A DNA stretch of 59,532 nucleotides, the filler included, from Platydemus manokwari (Eukaryota), in the NCBI GenBank assembly GCA_037951405.1. It is 5 parts of 5 records of this genome, joined end to end, with 100 filler letters (N's around TTAATTAATTAA, not from the genome) between each part and the next. Parts side by side here need not be neighbours in the genome. Positions count along the whole stretch, not along the records: positions 37,909 to 49,208 come from JBBMOY010783314.1; positions 49,309 to 59,532 come from JBBMOY011156771.1; 3 more parts are not named here. One strand, written 5' to 3'. Of the stretch, positions 41,001 to 54,801 are shown piece by piece. Positions within the stretch are counted from its first letter, which is position 1, and every line of letters starts with the position of its first letter. The notes under the pieces were generated by a model. That model saw nothing but the letters and a program-made list of their open reading frames with translations, ran no database searches and was not told the origin of the DNA. Made by a program: the position numbers and the translations under genes.

Positions 41001-44000
41001 AATATTTTGTTTTTCTATTACGGCTTAGGAGAATATATGTATATCTACTAGATTTATTATGTGAAATTCGAGAGGTTTGTTAGTATGTAAACACAATACT
41101 CTTGAGCCAGAACGAGCATATAACTAGTTTTAGTAGTGTCACTGATTATAAAATAATAGCCACAAAAGATATGAGCACGATATTATGCATGTATATATCA
41201 AGATAATATCAAGTATAATAAGATAATAATAAATATATATATCTTCATTCTAGCACCAAAGTTTGATGCTATTTTTTCTTTCGACCGGATACTAGTGGTA
41301 AGGGCTTAAAGGTTTAAAGACATGTTCATCTTTGCCATGAAAAACCTTTTTTTGTCAATAAGAATCAGTTCATGATAAAATAAAATTAAAAAAAAATTAT
41401 TTCTTTATTTTTCGTTATGAATAATAATTATATTTAATAATTAATCGAAAAATCCTTGAATAAATAACCGACATAACTAATTATCAAATTGGTCTGGAAC
41501 AATATTGTTCTTTATTTCAAATTTGTCTTATAATGGAAAGAAGGTGGAGAAAGTGTCCGCGTTTGGATTTATTCTTGTTGTGATATTTTCTTTTAATTAA
41601 CACAAATATAACCATGGAATATCAATATATTTTTATTGTATAATTTATTGCCACAAATTTATATTTAAGTTTTGTGCGTAGGGTAATTGTTTTACTGATA
41701 GGTAATGAGAATTTCCTTTGTTATACGACAGTAATTTGAAAAAATTATGAAATAAGTGTTGCAGAAGTTTAATCTTGACCATGCCATGGTAATGAACATG
41801 AATCAGGATTATTTATAAACAAACCATAACCTGGTTTGCTAATGGCAGCAATAGACATTGTGGGGGATTTATATTTAAATGGTCACTTTAAATAGAAAAT
41901 ATATTTTGAAAATCATTAATTTAATTTGTTTGAATATTTCGATTAAATATACTTTCGAGGGTTGAATTTCTTAGATTTATTTTCGATTCGTATTTTATGA
42001 AATAGAAGTAGTTCAAAGATATGTTGATATAAAGCATTAACGAAAAAAACAAAATCCGGAGTAAAATGTCTTAAAATCTATCGATGAATGAAGTAGTTAG
42101 CATCCTTCCTGATATTAATAAATACTTTTGAATAATATAAAAAGGTCTTTCGGTAGAACTTCTTTTTTAAATGACATCGATTCAGCTAAAATCTCCTCGT
42201 GTGAACTCGAGAAATTAGTTTTGATCAGTATTATTAATAAATTATTGCGAGAGATATGCTTATATCGGACGAAATTCAAATCACGGCAGATTATTATATA
42301 TTTTTCGTTAGAAAAGCCAAATTTGTGATTTCACATCATTTGCAAAGCCATAAGTAAAAGGAAATAATGCCACGACAAAATATTTTTCCAATGATGTCTA
42401 TCATGAAACACAATTTAAAATTAATGCTCAGTCTATCATTCCATATATTGGCTGTGTTTTAACTACAAAAAACTATCCTCGTTTCATTACAATTGGTTGT
42501 TGACGAGATTTTCGATATCAAAATAGATTAAAGGGTTTTTAATTGTAACCCACAAATAATGTTGATGAATTGTAGAGATTAGAGTCCATTAATTTTTCTA
42601 TTTGCAGTTTTTCTGAATAATTATTATCAAAATATTGAAAAAAAAATCGTAAATGGATTTTGGTCAAAATAAAATAGAAATCTTTTTCATGGTGATTTGA
42701 TAAGTGGAGTAAATTGATTACATATTTTTTCCTGGTAATGTAAATATTTTTTTAAAATTAAACTGTGATATTGAATTAAGCCAGCCTACATTTGGAATAT
42801 CGAATTTCAATCGTTTTATTTACGAAATCACAATGAAGTTAAGCTTGATCGATTGGTTGACAGTTTTTGTACCTTGTGCACCAGCTTAATTAATTAATGA
42901 AGTAACTGGCTTTCTCAACCAAGTTTCGCTTTATTGGTATCGAAAATAATACCCAATTTTTTCCTTTCACAACGAAATTAAATTGATTATTAGGTTTTCG
43001 ATTATTTTGATTTTACTCTAGATTTATGAATCTAAAGGAGCTCAATAAATATGCGGAAAATAATAAAAATATTTTTTTTAATTTAATGATTAGTTGGACT
43101 GGTCCAAGCCAAGAAAGTTTAATTATCGAAGTTTAAATTATCGTTAAAATCATCATGATCATTAAATTCGTGAAATTACCACTAGATTTAAAGAATAGAA
43201 ATAAACTATTTTACCTTTTTTCTTTACAGAATATTGTAATGGATGATGAAACTAATTGTAATTAATACAAATGTAAATTAAATTTATAAATGAAACTCCG
43301 TGAATGATCGTTCAGAAATTTTTGGGGTGTGCTAAACTGTTTTGATCACCTACTTATATATCGGTTTGATTTTCTTTGCTTTCATCTTTTGTTGCTATTT
43401 CTGTATTTTAATGATACTATTTTTAGATTTCATTAATGATTGTTACTATATTTAGGCTTTTTAAATTATTTTATCTATTTATAGATTTAATTTAATCTAT
43501 TTTTAGTTTAATTATGTCATAATGTATGAAAATATCTTGAAATAAAATAATAAAACTTCAAAAGATTTAAAACCCTGTAAGAATATTGATTTTAAAAATG
43601 GATTTCGAATGACCTCCCAATAATACAGCTTCTCATATCTCTACAGTAGTTGAAATGGTTTAATTTTTGACTTGTTTTTAAAACTTTTTAAAGCTTTAAT
43701 TAATAACCAACTTAGTGATTAGGAGAGAATTCAACTTTAAATTATGATTCGCTTCTTTATGACCAATAAGTAAGTAAAGGTAATTATTGAAATATATTTT
43801 CACCTTGATATGAGTCTTTAGTAAAATAGTAAAAACTAGTTTTTAATCATTAAGTTATAATTATCAACAATAGCAGTCGACTCAACATTAGAGCGCCATC
43901 GAGAATAAATAATATCTTTACATTAATATTGCAATATAATTTGGAACCGAATTCCAATCAAAACAGTTGCACAATATTCAACAGCAAGACATATTCAAGT

Positions 44001-44342
44001 TAATTAGAATAGCTAAGTGCTCACATCAATTAACTTCCATCCGGTACTGATAAGTAGAAATGGTTGTGTGTACTCCTTATATAAATAGATTTCCTGTCGA
44101 GATTGGTCAAATATTAACCTTTACAGTCACTTTACCTAATAATTCTATGATAACCTCATTTGAACTGTAATGTGGATTAAAAAATATCATTTATATAACT
44201 TATTAATGCTGTTTAATCATTAATTTCATTTAAAACGTCTGTGAAAACTATGTGATGTCTGAATCAATTACCAACGAAAGATTCAACACTGGTTTTGGTG
44301 TCACTCGTAATGGGATTATGTTGTGTATTTGTGTGATAAATA

Positions 44343-44383
<41 letters not shown>
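44343..44383. repeat. (ATT)n microsatellite
   Basis: Direct reading. Confidence 0.9.
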
Positions 44384-44385
<2 letters not shown>

Positions 44386-44979
44386 TTAAGAACAATAATT
44401 ATTTTAATGACTAAAGAAAAAATATTATGAAAAATACAGTAAATGTGAATAGTTTGAAAGACCTCTTCGGAAAATTGAAGAAGAATTATTTAAATGACGA
44501 TTAAAATATTTTTATTATTTATCAAAGATGATTTTTCTGCAGAAACTCAGTTGAGAAAAATGTAGGTGATAATATTCATCTGCTAAATAGATAAATCACT
44601 GTGGTCTTGCTTAATCAATATTTTAGAATATAGATAATTTTATTTTTGATTATATGTTTTATAATTTATCCCCATACAATAACGGTGTCGAAATTATAGC
44701 AGTTGAAATCAAATACAAGTCTAAAGAAAATCAGTGATAGTTTTATGAATGAGGAAAGAAGATTCATTTTATAGAATAATGCTCGAAACGCATATTATTA
44801 CTATTTAACACTAATTATATCGTTAGACAACATATAATTGAATACGACACAATTGCTTGTTATCTGATAGAAACTAATAAGAGAGCTTATAAAATACTTT
44901 TATAACAGCCTTTATTGAGATAATGTCTACTATTTATAGAGTAATATAGGCTCATTATTTTTTCTTAGTATATGTAAAT

Positions 44980-45230
44980 TGTAAAGTACACAAGATTCCC
45001 TTAGAAAAACGACTTTTGGTACAATGAAACCCGGGCTTTGATAATTTAAAATATATACACCGACACAACCATATAAACACGATAACTGACATGGCAAAGT
45101 CAACGTGGCAAAATACATGGCTGCATTACGACACGTACACAGAGGAATTGATCGATACTTGTCATGAAACATTAATAAACCCAATTAAAATATCGAATAA
45201 AAGTTGAGCACACGCAATACACACAAACGT
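44980..45230 (+). mobile_element. Diverged LTR fragment related to the TGTTG family
   Basis: AAAAACGAC...TGAAACCC...CGACACAACCATA matches the 59160-59240 block. Termini unclear. Confidence 0.4.
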
Positions 45231-48200
45231 TTGATTATAAATTCCCTTACTAAGATAACATATTATCAGTTGAAGCAAATTGAAGAGTGAATTGTATTTG
45301 TTTATCGGTTGTCAGTATTGAGTCTCTTTAATCGAAATCACGGTTTTAAATTTCTACAACACATACAAGTAGATCCATACAGATATTCCAGTTGTGAGGA
45401 ATTTTAAGTTTTGATAAATCAATTTAAATACAAATATATTGAAATCGATATAATTTGTTTAAATATTTTGGTTAAATAGAATTTTTGGATTGATCGCCTT
45501 AAAATTGTTTTCAATTCCATTTTAACGAAATACTATCATAGTACAGAAATTATTCTTTATTAATAACAAAGTATTTAAAATAACTAAATAAATAATCGAT
45601 AATGAAATAAAATAAAAATTAAACTTTTTACTTCATATCAAAATTAAAATAATTTTTTTTTCAAAAAATCATTGTCATATGTCTGGTGGTACAAAAAACA
45701 CGTGAGAAAAATATGAAAATAATTCAACCTATTGATTTCTAATAAAATTAAAGGAAATAAAATGATAACGAAATAAATATACATTGTATAAAGGTGATAG
45801 TTTTTCGTTAAGCGTGAGAGCGGGTGAAACACATTTGTACCATTTTAGCCAATACAATGTAACCACTTTGTTACCACAATTCCACAATAAACCATTCCTA
45901 CCCATTGCAGCAATTGAAATTTAAATATAAACTCAATTTTTCGCGAACCTCTAGCGTGATAATGACCCCCATCCTCTAAGCTGGTGATCAAATTAGAATC
46001 ATAAATTTATCCACATCGAAAGATGATGAATTTATTTCTTAATTGGATTATTAATTTAATAAAATATTGACCATTTCTATTCTATCCAACTATTATGATA
46101 TCAATAGAAAGTCCAATTATTGATTAATAATGAAAATAAATATCCTAGAATGAGTCTAGACGAAAAATATGGATAATGCAGCAGCTTAATATAAGATTGG
46201 AAATGAATCTCGCAAACACAATGAAAATAGTGAACTTTCCAAAGAGTTTAGTTAGATTAATAGAATTAAAATCAATCGGACAAGTAGAACAGGTCTTCTC
46301 TGTGAGTACTAACGGGGAATTTTTCAAAAGAATTATTATATTATATAAAGAAAAGCAGACAACTCGTAAAAGTAACGATTTAGATGAATTAGATTTCGAT
46401 CATTTATATTTATTTATCCTCAAGATGTTGAATGCCTTTCATTAATATGGGATATTTATCTTTAATTTGAAGATTAATATATGAATGTGATCGTAAATAT
46501 AATAAAGGATGTTTCATTGATTTATTAATAAGTAATGTTGGTGTTTATTCAACGAAATCCAACTAAACAAGGATCAAGAAACACTCAAAATATGTATAAA
46601 GCTGCTTTATGAAGTGATTTAGATGAAAAATATCAAAAAGATTTCTAATTATCACCATCAGTCAAGAAAATGTACCGCCCTTCATTACAGTTTGTCTCTG
46701 TGTAAATGGACGAGAGACGAAGGATTCCATCATTTGTACGTGGGACCTTTATCCGAAGAAGTACCATAAATAATGATATTGTTTATCAGTCTTTCTAAAT
46801 ATATTACTGTGGTGTTTATTTAATATAAAATTCTATATATTTACTTACAAAATTAAATCGTGTCCTAGAAATCTACTTATCAAATGACTATAAAGGCTAA
46901 AATGTATAAAAATATTAAAAATTAATTAGAATTAGTTTGTAATATCTTAAAATATTATATTTGATAATTATATTATTTTATAATTTCAATACATTTTGAT
47001 TATATTTAAAAATGAAATTTACTATATATTAGTGATAATACGGTTATCATCAATATCGCTACTATTAATCATGATGAAATTTAATTAAAATTAAAAATTC
47101 GAACTAACGGCGATTCTCATTCAAAGTCAGACCATTTTCGAAGTAGCAAAATAACAAACACAACGTTAAACTAATTTTAACCAAAGGCATTTTGTTGTAG
47201 AGATAGCTCATCTCTATTTTTCGCCTGAAATGAATACCGGTTAAAATTAAAATATCATAACAAACGATAAAAATTCAACCAAATAAAGATATCACCTTCA
47301 AAAATTGTCTGAAACCAAAAACAAATGATAAATAAAAATTTACTCTTATGCTTTTCTCTTAGTTGGAAACAAAAAAAATGATCAATACCATTTCGTATGT
47401 GTGTGTCTGATGAAATAAAAAGAGAAGATTAGTCATACTGCATTGCCATTGGACGATAATCACGATTACGCTTCATTATTCTCTTACATTCGTGTCCCAG
47501 TTGTTAACACAACCGTACTCAAACACATCTGATGTTGAAGTTACAAATGTTTATTTTTAAATTGAGTTTGTCTATGCTAGGCAAAAAATAATGATAATGT
47601 ACAGATAATACTACAGATAAAAATGCATGCCCCCAAATGTTCTGTAGCAACAGAAAAACACAACATGTCGTTTGATAAGATAGATTCTTAAAATAAATGA
47701 TTAATGGAGGATTATTACGTTCCAATGTTTCGCTTCATGGGTTTCCAAATAAATTTCATTAAACATTTGATGGTATATTCAATGACAAACAAATATATTG
47801 GTCAAGAAAAAATTGATATTTCAAATTAGAATTGTTATTTATTAGTTTTGAATATATATATAATAAAAATTTATTTGAAATTTATTGTTTGACCTTATCA
47901 CGTGTCTCATATTGGTAGAAATATGAAGATATTAATTAATAGTTACTACAAATTGTGATATTATTTACAATTTTGGCTTTTATTTACAATAGATCTCTAT
48001 ATTGACACAGAATATCATCCTAACGAATAATTCGTTCACAGTCCCCTACAGATTACTAACAATTAAATTTTAATATCATTAAAATATTTTTTATTTCGCA
48101 TTTTGTAATTATTATCAGTTATTTTTATTAGCAAGGAGGTTTGGTGGAAAAAGTAATTTTATAATTTAGAAAACATATGTTGAAAAATCATGAAACAACT

Positions 48201-49208
48201 TAAATACATTAGCAGTTTTAATTCGTCTTATTATAGCTGTGGACAAAAACCACTTATATGCACAGAGGAATGTAGGATTTTAACAATCTAAAGCTGGGAC
48301 TCTCAACTTGAACCACTCATTTTGAAAAGCTATCTAGTAGAAATCTTCTGAATCAAATTTTCTCAATAACTTCTGTCAATTATTTTTTGTCTGATTTATT
48401 ATTTTTCATTTAATTTCGTCAGGTGTACCGTAAATATCAATACTCAGTAATATCTGAAACGGATGAAGTGATAATAACCGAATTCGATTGAAATGAACCA
48501 AGGTAAAGGCAGTGTAAGTCAGTTAAATCAATGGAAACACAATCATGAATAAACAAACGGGAAAAGGATTTCGACTCGTTTCCACATTGCAATGCAAATT
48601 GCTGTTAATCTGAAAGTCAGTTACCTCTAGAAACGGGATCCGTGGAAGACAAATAAGAATACAGCAGAGAGGTCTATCTCAGGAATGGATTCATAAGATA
48701 TACGAAAGAATCTGACAGTTCACTACTCAGGCAACGAAAGAAAAATCGAAAGAAAGTATTGTGTTGTAAATGAGAACCAGAACTGGAGGACTTGGACGAA
48801 TGATAGAAAATAATTCAAATGTGGATACAATCAACAATTTGCTAGATAAATAAAACCGTGGTTGATCCTTATTTTTTTAAGAATTGTATCTTTATATCAT
48901 TCTATTATTCCTATATGCATGTACCAATATCACTTACAATGAATTTTGCACACGTTCATTTTTGTGGTTAGTAATAATAATTTTATATTATTATTTGATT
49001 TTCTATAAGTGATTTAGATAAGAACTTTCAACCTTTTTTCTCTGGCTATCCATGTCCCCATTTTTACGATCTTGGGCACCCCAAAGAAAATCAATATTAC
49101 TAAAAATAAGTTGCCATATTTGATAAAATCAATTTACAACAAGTAATGAATTACCTATAATAATAAGATTATCAGATAATAACATTACCTATATAATACT
49201 TAACTGTT

Positions 49209-49308
49209 NNNNNNNNNNNNNNNNNNNNNNNNNNNNNNNNNNNNNNNNNNNNTTAATTAATTAANNNNNNNNNNNNNNNNNNNNNNNNNNNNNNNNNNNN
49301 NNNNNNNN
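49209..49308. other. Assembly gap linker
   Basis: 44 N + TTAATTAATTAA + 44 N. Confidence 0.98.
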
Positions 49309-50259
49309 GGAAATTTATCAATACGGAAATAGTAGTAGGATTTAAATGGTTTAACTTTAATAACTCAATATTGAATGTTTCACGAGCATTAATAATAATA
49401 TTGATATTTATATACTTATTATATAGTGATTTTATAAATTAATATCATTTAGTAATAATTATTATGCTTATGATTGTAGTGATGATAATATTTACAAAAT
49501 AATAATAATTTTTATTAATTATGTTGAAGGTTGTATTGAAATTTTTAAAAATATTTCGTCAAATGACAGTTATTTATAGGAATCAGATTTATCATAACTA
49601 CAGAAATCCGATCATTCTATTTATTAATTTATCCATCAGAAATAATTAAAAATAAGCACTGGAAAAAATTTATGGAAAATAAAATTGCTATTTCAAGGTC
49701 TAATATTTGCTAATATCTATGCAATAATAATTTATAAATTTTAAAATAAAATTCATAATTTCAAACAAAAATACTATTATATATTATTTTTTACCAATTT
49801 TCCTTTTATAATGGATGGCTGACTCGAAATAAAGAGATTTTTGCTTAATAGTCGCAAATCACTGATAGAATAACAAATATGATGTTATTGTTAAATTATC
49901 TTGTTTTATAATTATTTTTTATAACATTACAGACTTCCTAAATTTGCATTAAAAATCAAACAAACGAGGTAACACATGGGAAGTAAAGAATCAGACATTA
50001 TTTTTACGTTTAGATAATATATGATATTAAAATAAATATTACGAATAGCATATAATTCATAATTAGTTCAGGCAATCAATCTATTCTACAATGAAAAACA
50101 ATGATATCATTAATATTATACGATGAAATACCAGATTATTTTGCATCAATTATGATCCTGAAACAATACATTTCCAATCATTTACATTATGAAAAATCAA
50201 AATCTTGGATAACCAGTCAATGTGAGGGTTTTGAAACACAACAAAAAAACATATTTATA

Positions 50260-52925
50260 ATCTTATTGGTGAGGTAGTTGATATTTCGTTGGATACAATG
50301 TTTAATTGTATGGTTGATTTTGTTCTCACAAATGATAATAACTGCTCTGCTATTGTACCTTATGTTAGCAATAAAGAAATGATACCTAATCAATTTGGAG
50401 ATAAGCTCCTTGATGGCTTTCTCGGTTATGTGATTGATGAGTGCATAATACATCATCGGAAAAGTCACATTCCGTTCTTGGTCTTAGGTGATATTGATAA
50501 CATTTACCTCTCCAGCAGTTCTGATTTTGACTTTATGGTCATGGACATTTCTGCAAGTGCACAAATTGTTTTGGAAAGTGATCATTACTTTTTCATCTCA
50601 CCCCCCGTCAATTGTTGATTCTCAAGACCTAAAATTAGATATGAGTGTTTTAAACCTTTTGGTGGAACTAATAACTCTATTCCAGTTGCTGATATAGAAA
50701 TAACAGATCTTTCTACTATTCCTGAGATGTCAGTAATGAATATCTTTGCAGCTTGCTCTAACTCAAAGGTTTGGTGTTGTTTGTGTAGTACCAATATTAC
50801 AGTGGTACTTAAACACTTTGCTACAATTCATAATCTGACAGATATCAATGATCTTGGAATAACTTGTCATTGTGGTTTTTGTAGGAAATATTGTTAATTT
50901 TAAGAAGCATTATAATTCACATAATGCTAATTCTCCAGTAGAATCTTGTGAATCTTTGGCTTTAAATGACGAAATATTGATGTCATTACAGTTACGGGAT
51001 GACGATCTGACCTCACAATGACTGAGCGGGCCAGCGATTGAAGGTTATATCCGTCTTTGATTATCTGGTAGGAAAGGTATAGTTTTCATTCCGCTTCTTC
51101 CTGCTATAGCTATCGCCCGCTGTAAGTCGAATTTATGCTATGATTCTTTTCCGTTTCGGAATATAGGAACTTCATCGATAGTACTTTGGCTGATACATTG
51201 GAATAATGATCATTGGCTTGCCTTCATTGCCAATGTTGGTAAACAAAAATCTTTCCTAATAGATCCTACAAGGGGTGAGTTATCAGAAGAACAAGTATTT
51301 CTATGGGACAAATTTAATTGGATCTTGGAGCATCTCCTTGCTCCAAGACTTGTTATCTTTTTCTCAAAAAGTTTTATTGACAATGTGCCGAAACAACTCG
51401 CTTCATTTGAATGCGGTCTCTTTGTTATCAGGTATATGATAGACTATTCTAAAAATTGTAGTTTCTCATCACCAGTTTCGAACTTTAGATCTCAGATAAA
51501 CTCTTTTCTAAGAGAATTATTAAATAGAAAACGTGGACTTGAAAAAACCGTATATCGTCGTCTGGTCTTCACACTCCCCTCTCTGAGGCATTGATGTTGA
51601 TGGATGACATTGAAGTGAATTTGACTAAGGTCCTTGAATTTGGTAGAAACACAATATCACGTGTATATCCTGATAGGTTTCAATCCAAGATTATATATAT
51701 GCCAGATGAAAAAGTAGAACCTTCTAAATCTATTTTTGAGTTAAGAAAAGAGTATATAGTGATGCCTGATAATCGAAGTTTCTGTTGGGAGCCCGGGCTC
51801 TGCGGAAGAGATTAATAGATTGTAAGTTCGTTTTGCTTGAAGGAAATTTATTTGTTAATGCTATCTGTAGGGATTCACAATATATGATAGGCAACAAAGA
51901 GAAGGATAAATTGTGTTATATTCTTCATGATGGGTTTGGTTTCTTAAGTTTTATCTCTTGGGCTGAGAAAAAGTGCCAGGGTATGTTAGATAAGACTGTT
52001 GCGCTATCTAAGGTTTCAATGGAAGTTTCGGACTCCATTGTGTTGTCACTACAGGCTTTGCACTTCCTGTCTTTGGTAGAAATAACCTTTTACCGATGAA
52101 TTTCCGGCTTTTCCGTGTAATGCAGGGTAAAGATTTAAATTACCGTCGATGCGGTAATGCAGTGGAATCGATAGCCCACGCTCTTATGGGGCGATCTCTA
52201 AGCATAATGCAGTACTTGCAACTTCAGCTAAAAAGCTTATTGCTTTAGGATATAATGTAGACGTCGACTGCCCGCCAGCTGAGGTGAAGACTTCTATATG
52301 TCTTGACTTAATAATCCAAACTTCGGGTAGTAAAAACCTGAAAAAACATACATTTGAGGTAGATCTTAAGGTTCCACTTGATAAGGAAGAAAACTTTAGG
52401 AATAACCTGGCGAGAAACTATCGATAGTATGAAGACCTGGCAGTTCAAATAGCCAGGCAATCCAGAACTTCAGTGAGTGTGCATGTGTTAAACGTAGGTT
52501 GTTTAGGATTATGGGATCCACAGAATGATGGAATCTTGAAACAAATAGGGTTAGATAATAAGAGTTCAAATGAGTTTGCTTCACTTCTTGTTTCTACTTT
52601 TATTATAGAATCATATAGGTTATATAGATCTCACATAGCGAAGGAGGCTAGGCCTCCAATAAACAGCCCCACCAATATATCTAACACGCAATAACAGAAA
52701 AAATGACGGCTTGTACACACGTAAAAGGAATACAAGTATAGGTATTTCTATTATTACTGTTATTGTTTATTTTTTATTGTTTATAAGATGTATATGAGAG
52801 ATAGTACTGTCTTCTCCACCTTTCTATTCATTTTTATGGAGTGGTAATGACCATCTATCTTGATTATTGAGATCATCTCATTATGGAGAAAGTCATGTAT
52901 AAATCTATTATGGGATATAAAAAAG
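50260..52925 (+). mobile_element. Decayed NeSL-clade-like non-LTR retrotransposon (Zn finger, Ulp1 protease, CCHC, restriction-like endonuclease; RT missing)
   Basis: Broken frames give WCCLC...LKHFATIH...CHCGF (~50770-50885), Ulp1/C48 motifs, then YRRCGNAVESIAHAL, KHNAVL, CLDLII, EVDLKVP, R*YEDL and VGCLGLWDPQNDGILKQIGL, typical of R2/NeSL-type RLE ends. Multiple stops and frameshifts. Boundaries approximate. Confidence 0.85.
51016..51450 (+). pseudogene. Ulp1/C48 cysteine protease domain of the retroelement
   Basis: Q*LSGPAIEGYI...IHWNNDHWLAFIAN...FLIDPT...PKQLASFECGLFV: H (51211), D (51262), Q and C (51412) in Ulp1 order. Two in-frame TGA near the start. Confidence 0.85.
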
Positions 52926-53289
52926 TATTACCTTGTATTTTTATTTTAGATAAGAAACTCCCCCCCTGACATGAGTTTTATTATTGCTACATGACTATAT
53001 TCTGGTTTTTAGATTTTACCCTGGTAATTGATGAAAAACGGGGTGATCGCGGAACGAGAGGATTGGATTAAAGAAAAGCGCACAGTGAACGTTTCACTGT
53101 CTGTGAAAACCGACTACGACGCACCAAAGTTAGCCTACAAATAACCAGAATTTCGCACTTTGATTTTCAAATGAGAAATTTTAATGTTTTGAAATAAATC
53201 TTTATATCTTCCCTCCCACATACATTGAACATACAAACACACAACAAGTATAAAGGATTTTCAAACGGAAAGTTACCAGATTCACAGTT

Positions 53290-54170
53290 TACAATCTATC
53301 TTCTAGACTAAATTTATAAATCGACAAAATGCACAGTGAAACCTTACCAACTAATGGATATTATCAAGCTACTCAACAGTTGACCACTAAAACGAAGTCG
53401 TATCAGATGGTCAAATCCACAAAAATCCAAAAATTTCTAAACGACATATGTACCATAGATTGGAAATCTGAAATTCATCAAAGATCACCGGGAGGGAATC
53501 CAGCCAATTTGACAGAAATTCATTAGTATTAAATCTGTCTAATTTCAATAAATTTAGAGTTTATCAGAAGTAATGGAACTGTATTCAAATTACAACGAAT
53601 GGGTATTCAAGAAGTTTGGGACAGTCGAGTAAGATCAGCAAACTTACAAGGTTGGGTGGTAGTTGAACTTGGAGAAAGACAGATTGAAAGATGCAAACCA
53701 ACGGAAAGGAAATGAAGAAAGCAAATTCCAAATATGAAGTTGATCCGACAAAAGAAGATCTAAAACAAGGAAAATCATTCCTACAAGCATGACTAAATCT
53801 TAATGAAATCAAATATAAGCTAGTATAAGAGGAAATAAACGATAATGACAAATTATTAAAAATTAATGCGGAGCAGATGGCAGCATTACCAAATTAACTG
53901 ATAACCAAAGGAATAAATGAGATGGAAATTTTTTGCAACATAAAGAAAAAGCCACTCCTCCAGAAATTGAGGAGTCACTCAAAAAACAAAGCTTGTCAAT
54001 TATGATATTCTGTGTCCATTTTTAAAATACCTACAACGGCTATGTCCTTAAAGCCGAGAAGGACGAAATGACCATTGGAGAAATAGTCATCAATATGGAG
54101 TAGAAGAAAGAGTAGAAAGTGAAAGTAATCTAGAAGTTGTAGCTCCAAGGGATATGGACAGGGAGACAAT
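53290..54170 (+). pseudogene. Degenerate A-rich coding relic, probably transposon gag/ORF1-like
   Basis: Stop-interrupted K/E-rich frames with purine-biased composition. No diagnostic motif. Confidence 0.3.
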
Positions 54171-54396
54171 GTTCTATTTGATATTTCAACAATTTTTGTG
54201 CAATGGTATTGATCTGTTAGGAACAGAAATTTACTTGATCATATTTTAAGAAAATTATTTGATGTAATAACAAGTTGAGATACTAAGATTTATTAAAATT
54301 TTTTGGAGGAAAAATCGATTATTTAAAATGAAGGTTTATAAATGATATCTTGAGATTGAAATTTCATGAATCAATAATTTTGTAATTATTTTAAAG

Positions 54397-54801
54397 AAGT
54401 GATTCCCAAACCTCCTTTTCATAATAAATCTTACTTAGCGCTCCCAAACTAACCCACATCAAATTTTTTTAAACTTTTAGTAGAAATTTATAAAAAAATC
54501 TTAATGTTACTATCTTTTTCATTAAATATATTAAAAAAAAATACATAAATTAGGTTGAAACCATGCATTTTGAAAATAAGAACATATTTTTTACACTTAG
54601 AATAGATTTTATTACAAAAACTCGAAATTATGTTAATGAGAAGGATGAACCTGATGTACTGCTACCAATTTTGTAACATTGGGCTCATCAAAATTTTTAA
54701 TAATCATTCTCCTACATTCTTAAAGTATTATGGTCACCAGATGAGCTTGTATGCCCCACCGACCCTTTGGATCCTTGCAGCGCCTACTTTGGGAATCACT
54801 G
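54397..54801. mobile_element. hAT-superfamily MITE
   Basis: TIRs AGTGATTCCCAAA...TTTGGGAATCACT(G). 8-bp flanks TTTTAAAG/CTCTAAAG. Confidence 0.8.

Noticed and set aside
40707-41309. Possible piggyBac MITE (TTAA-CCACT...GTAAGGGC-TTAA)
   Set aside because: Terminal repeats match too poorly to support.
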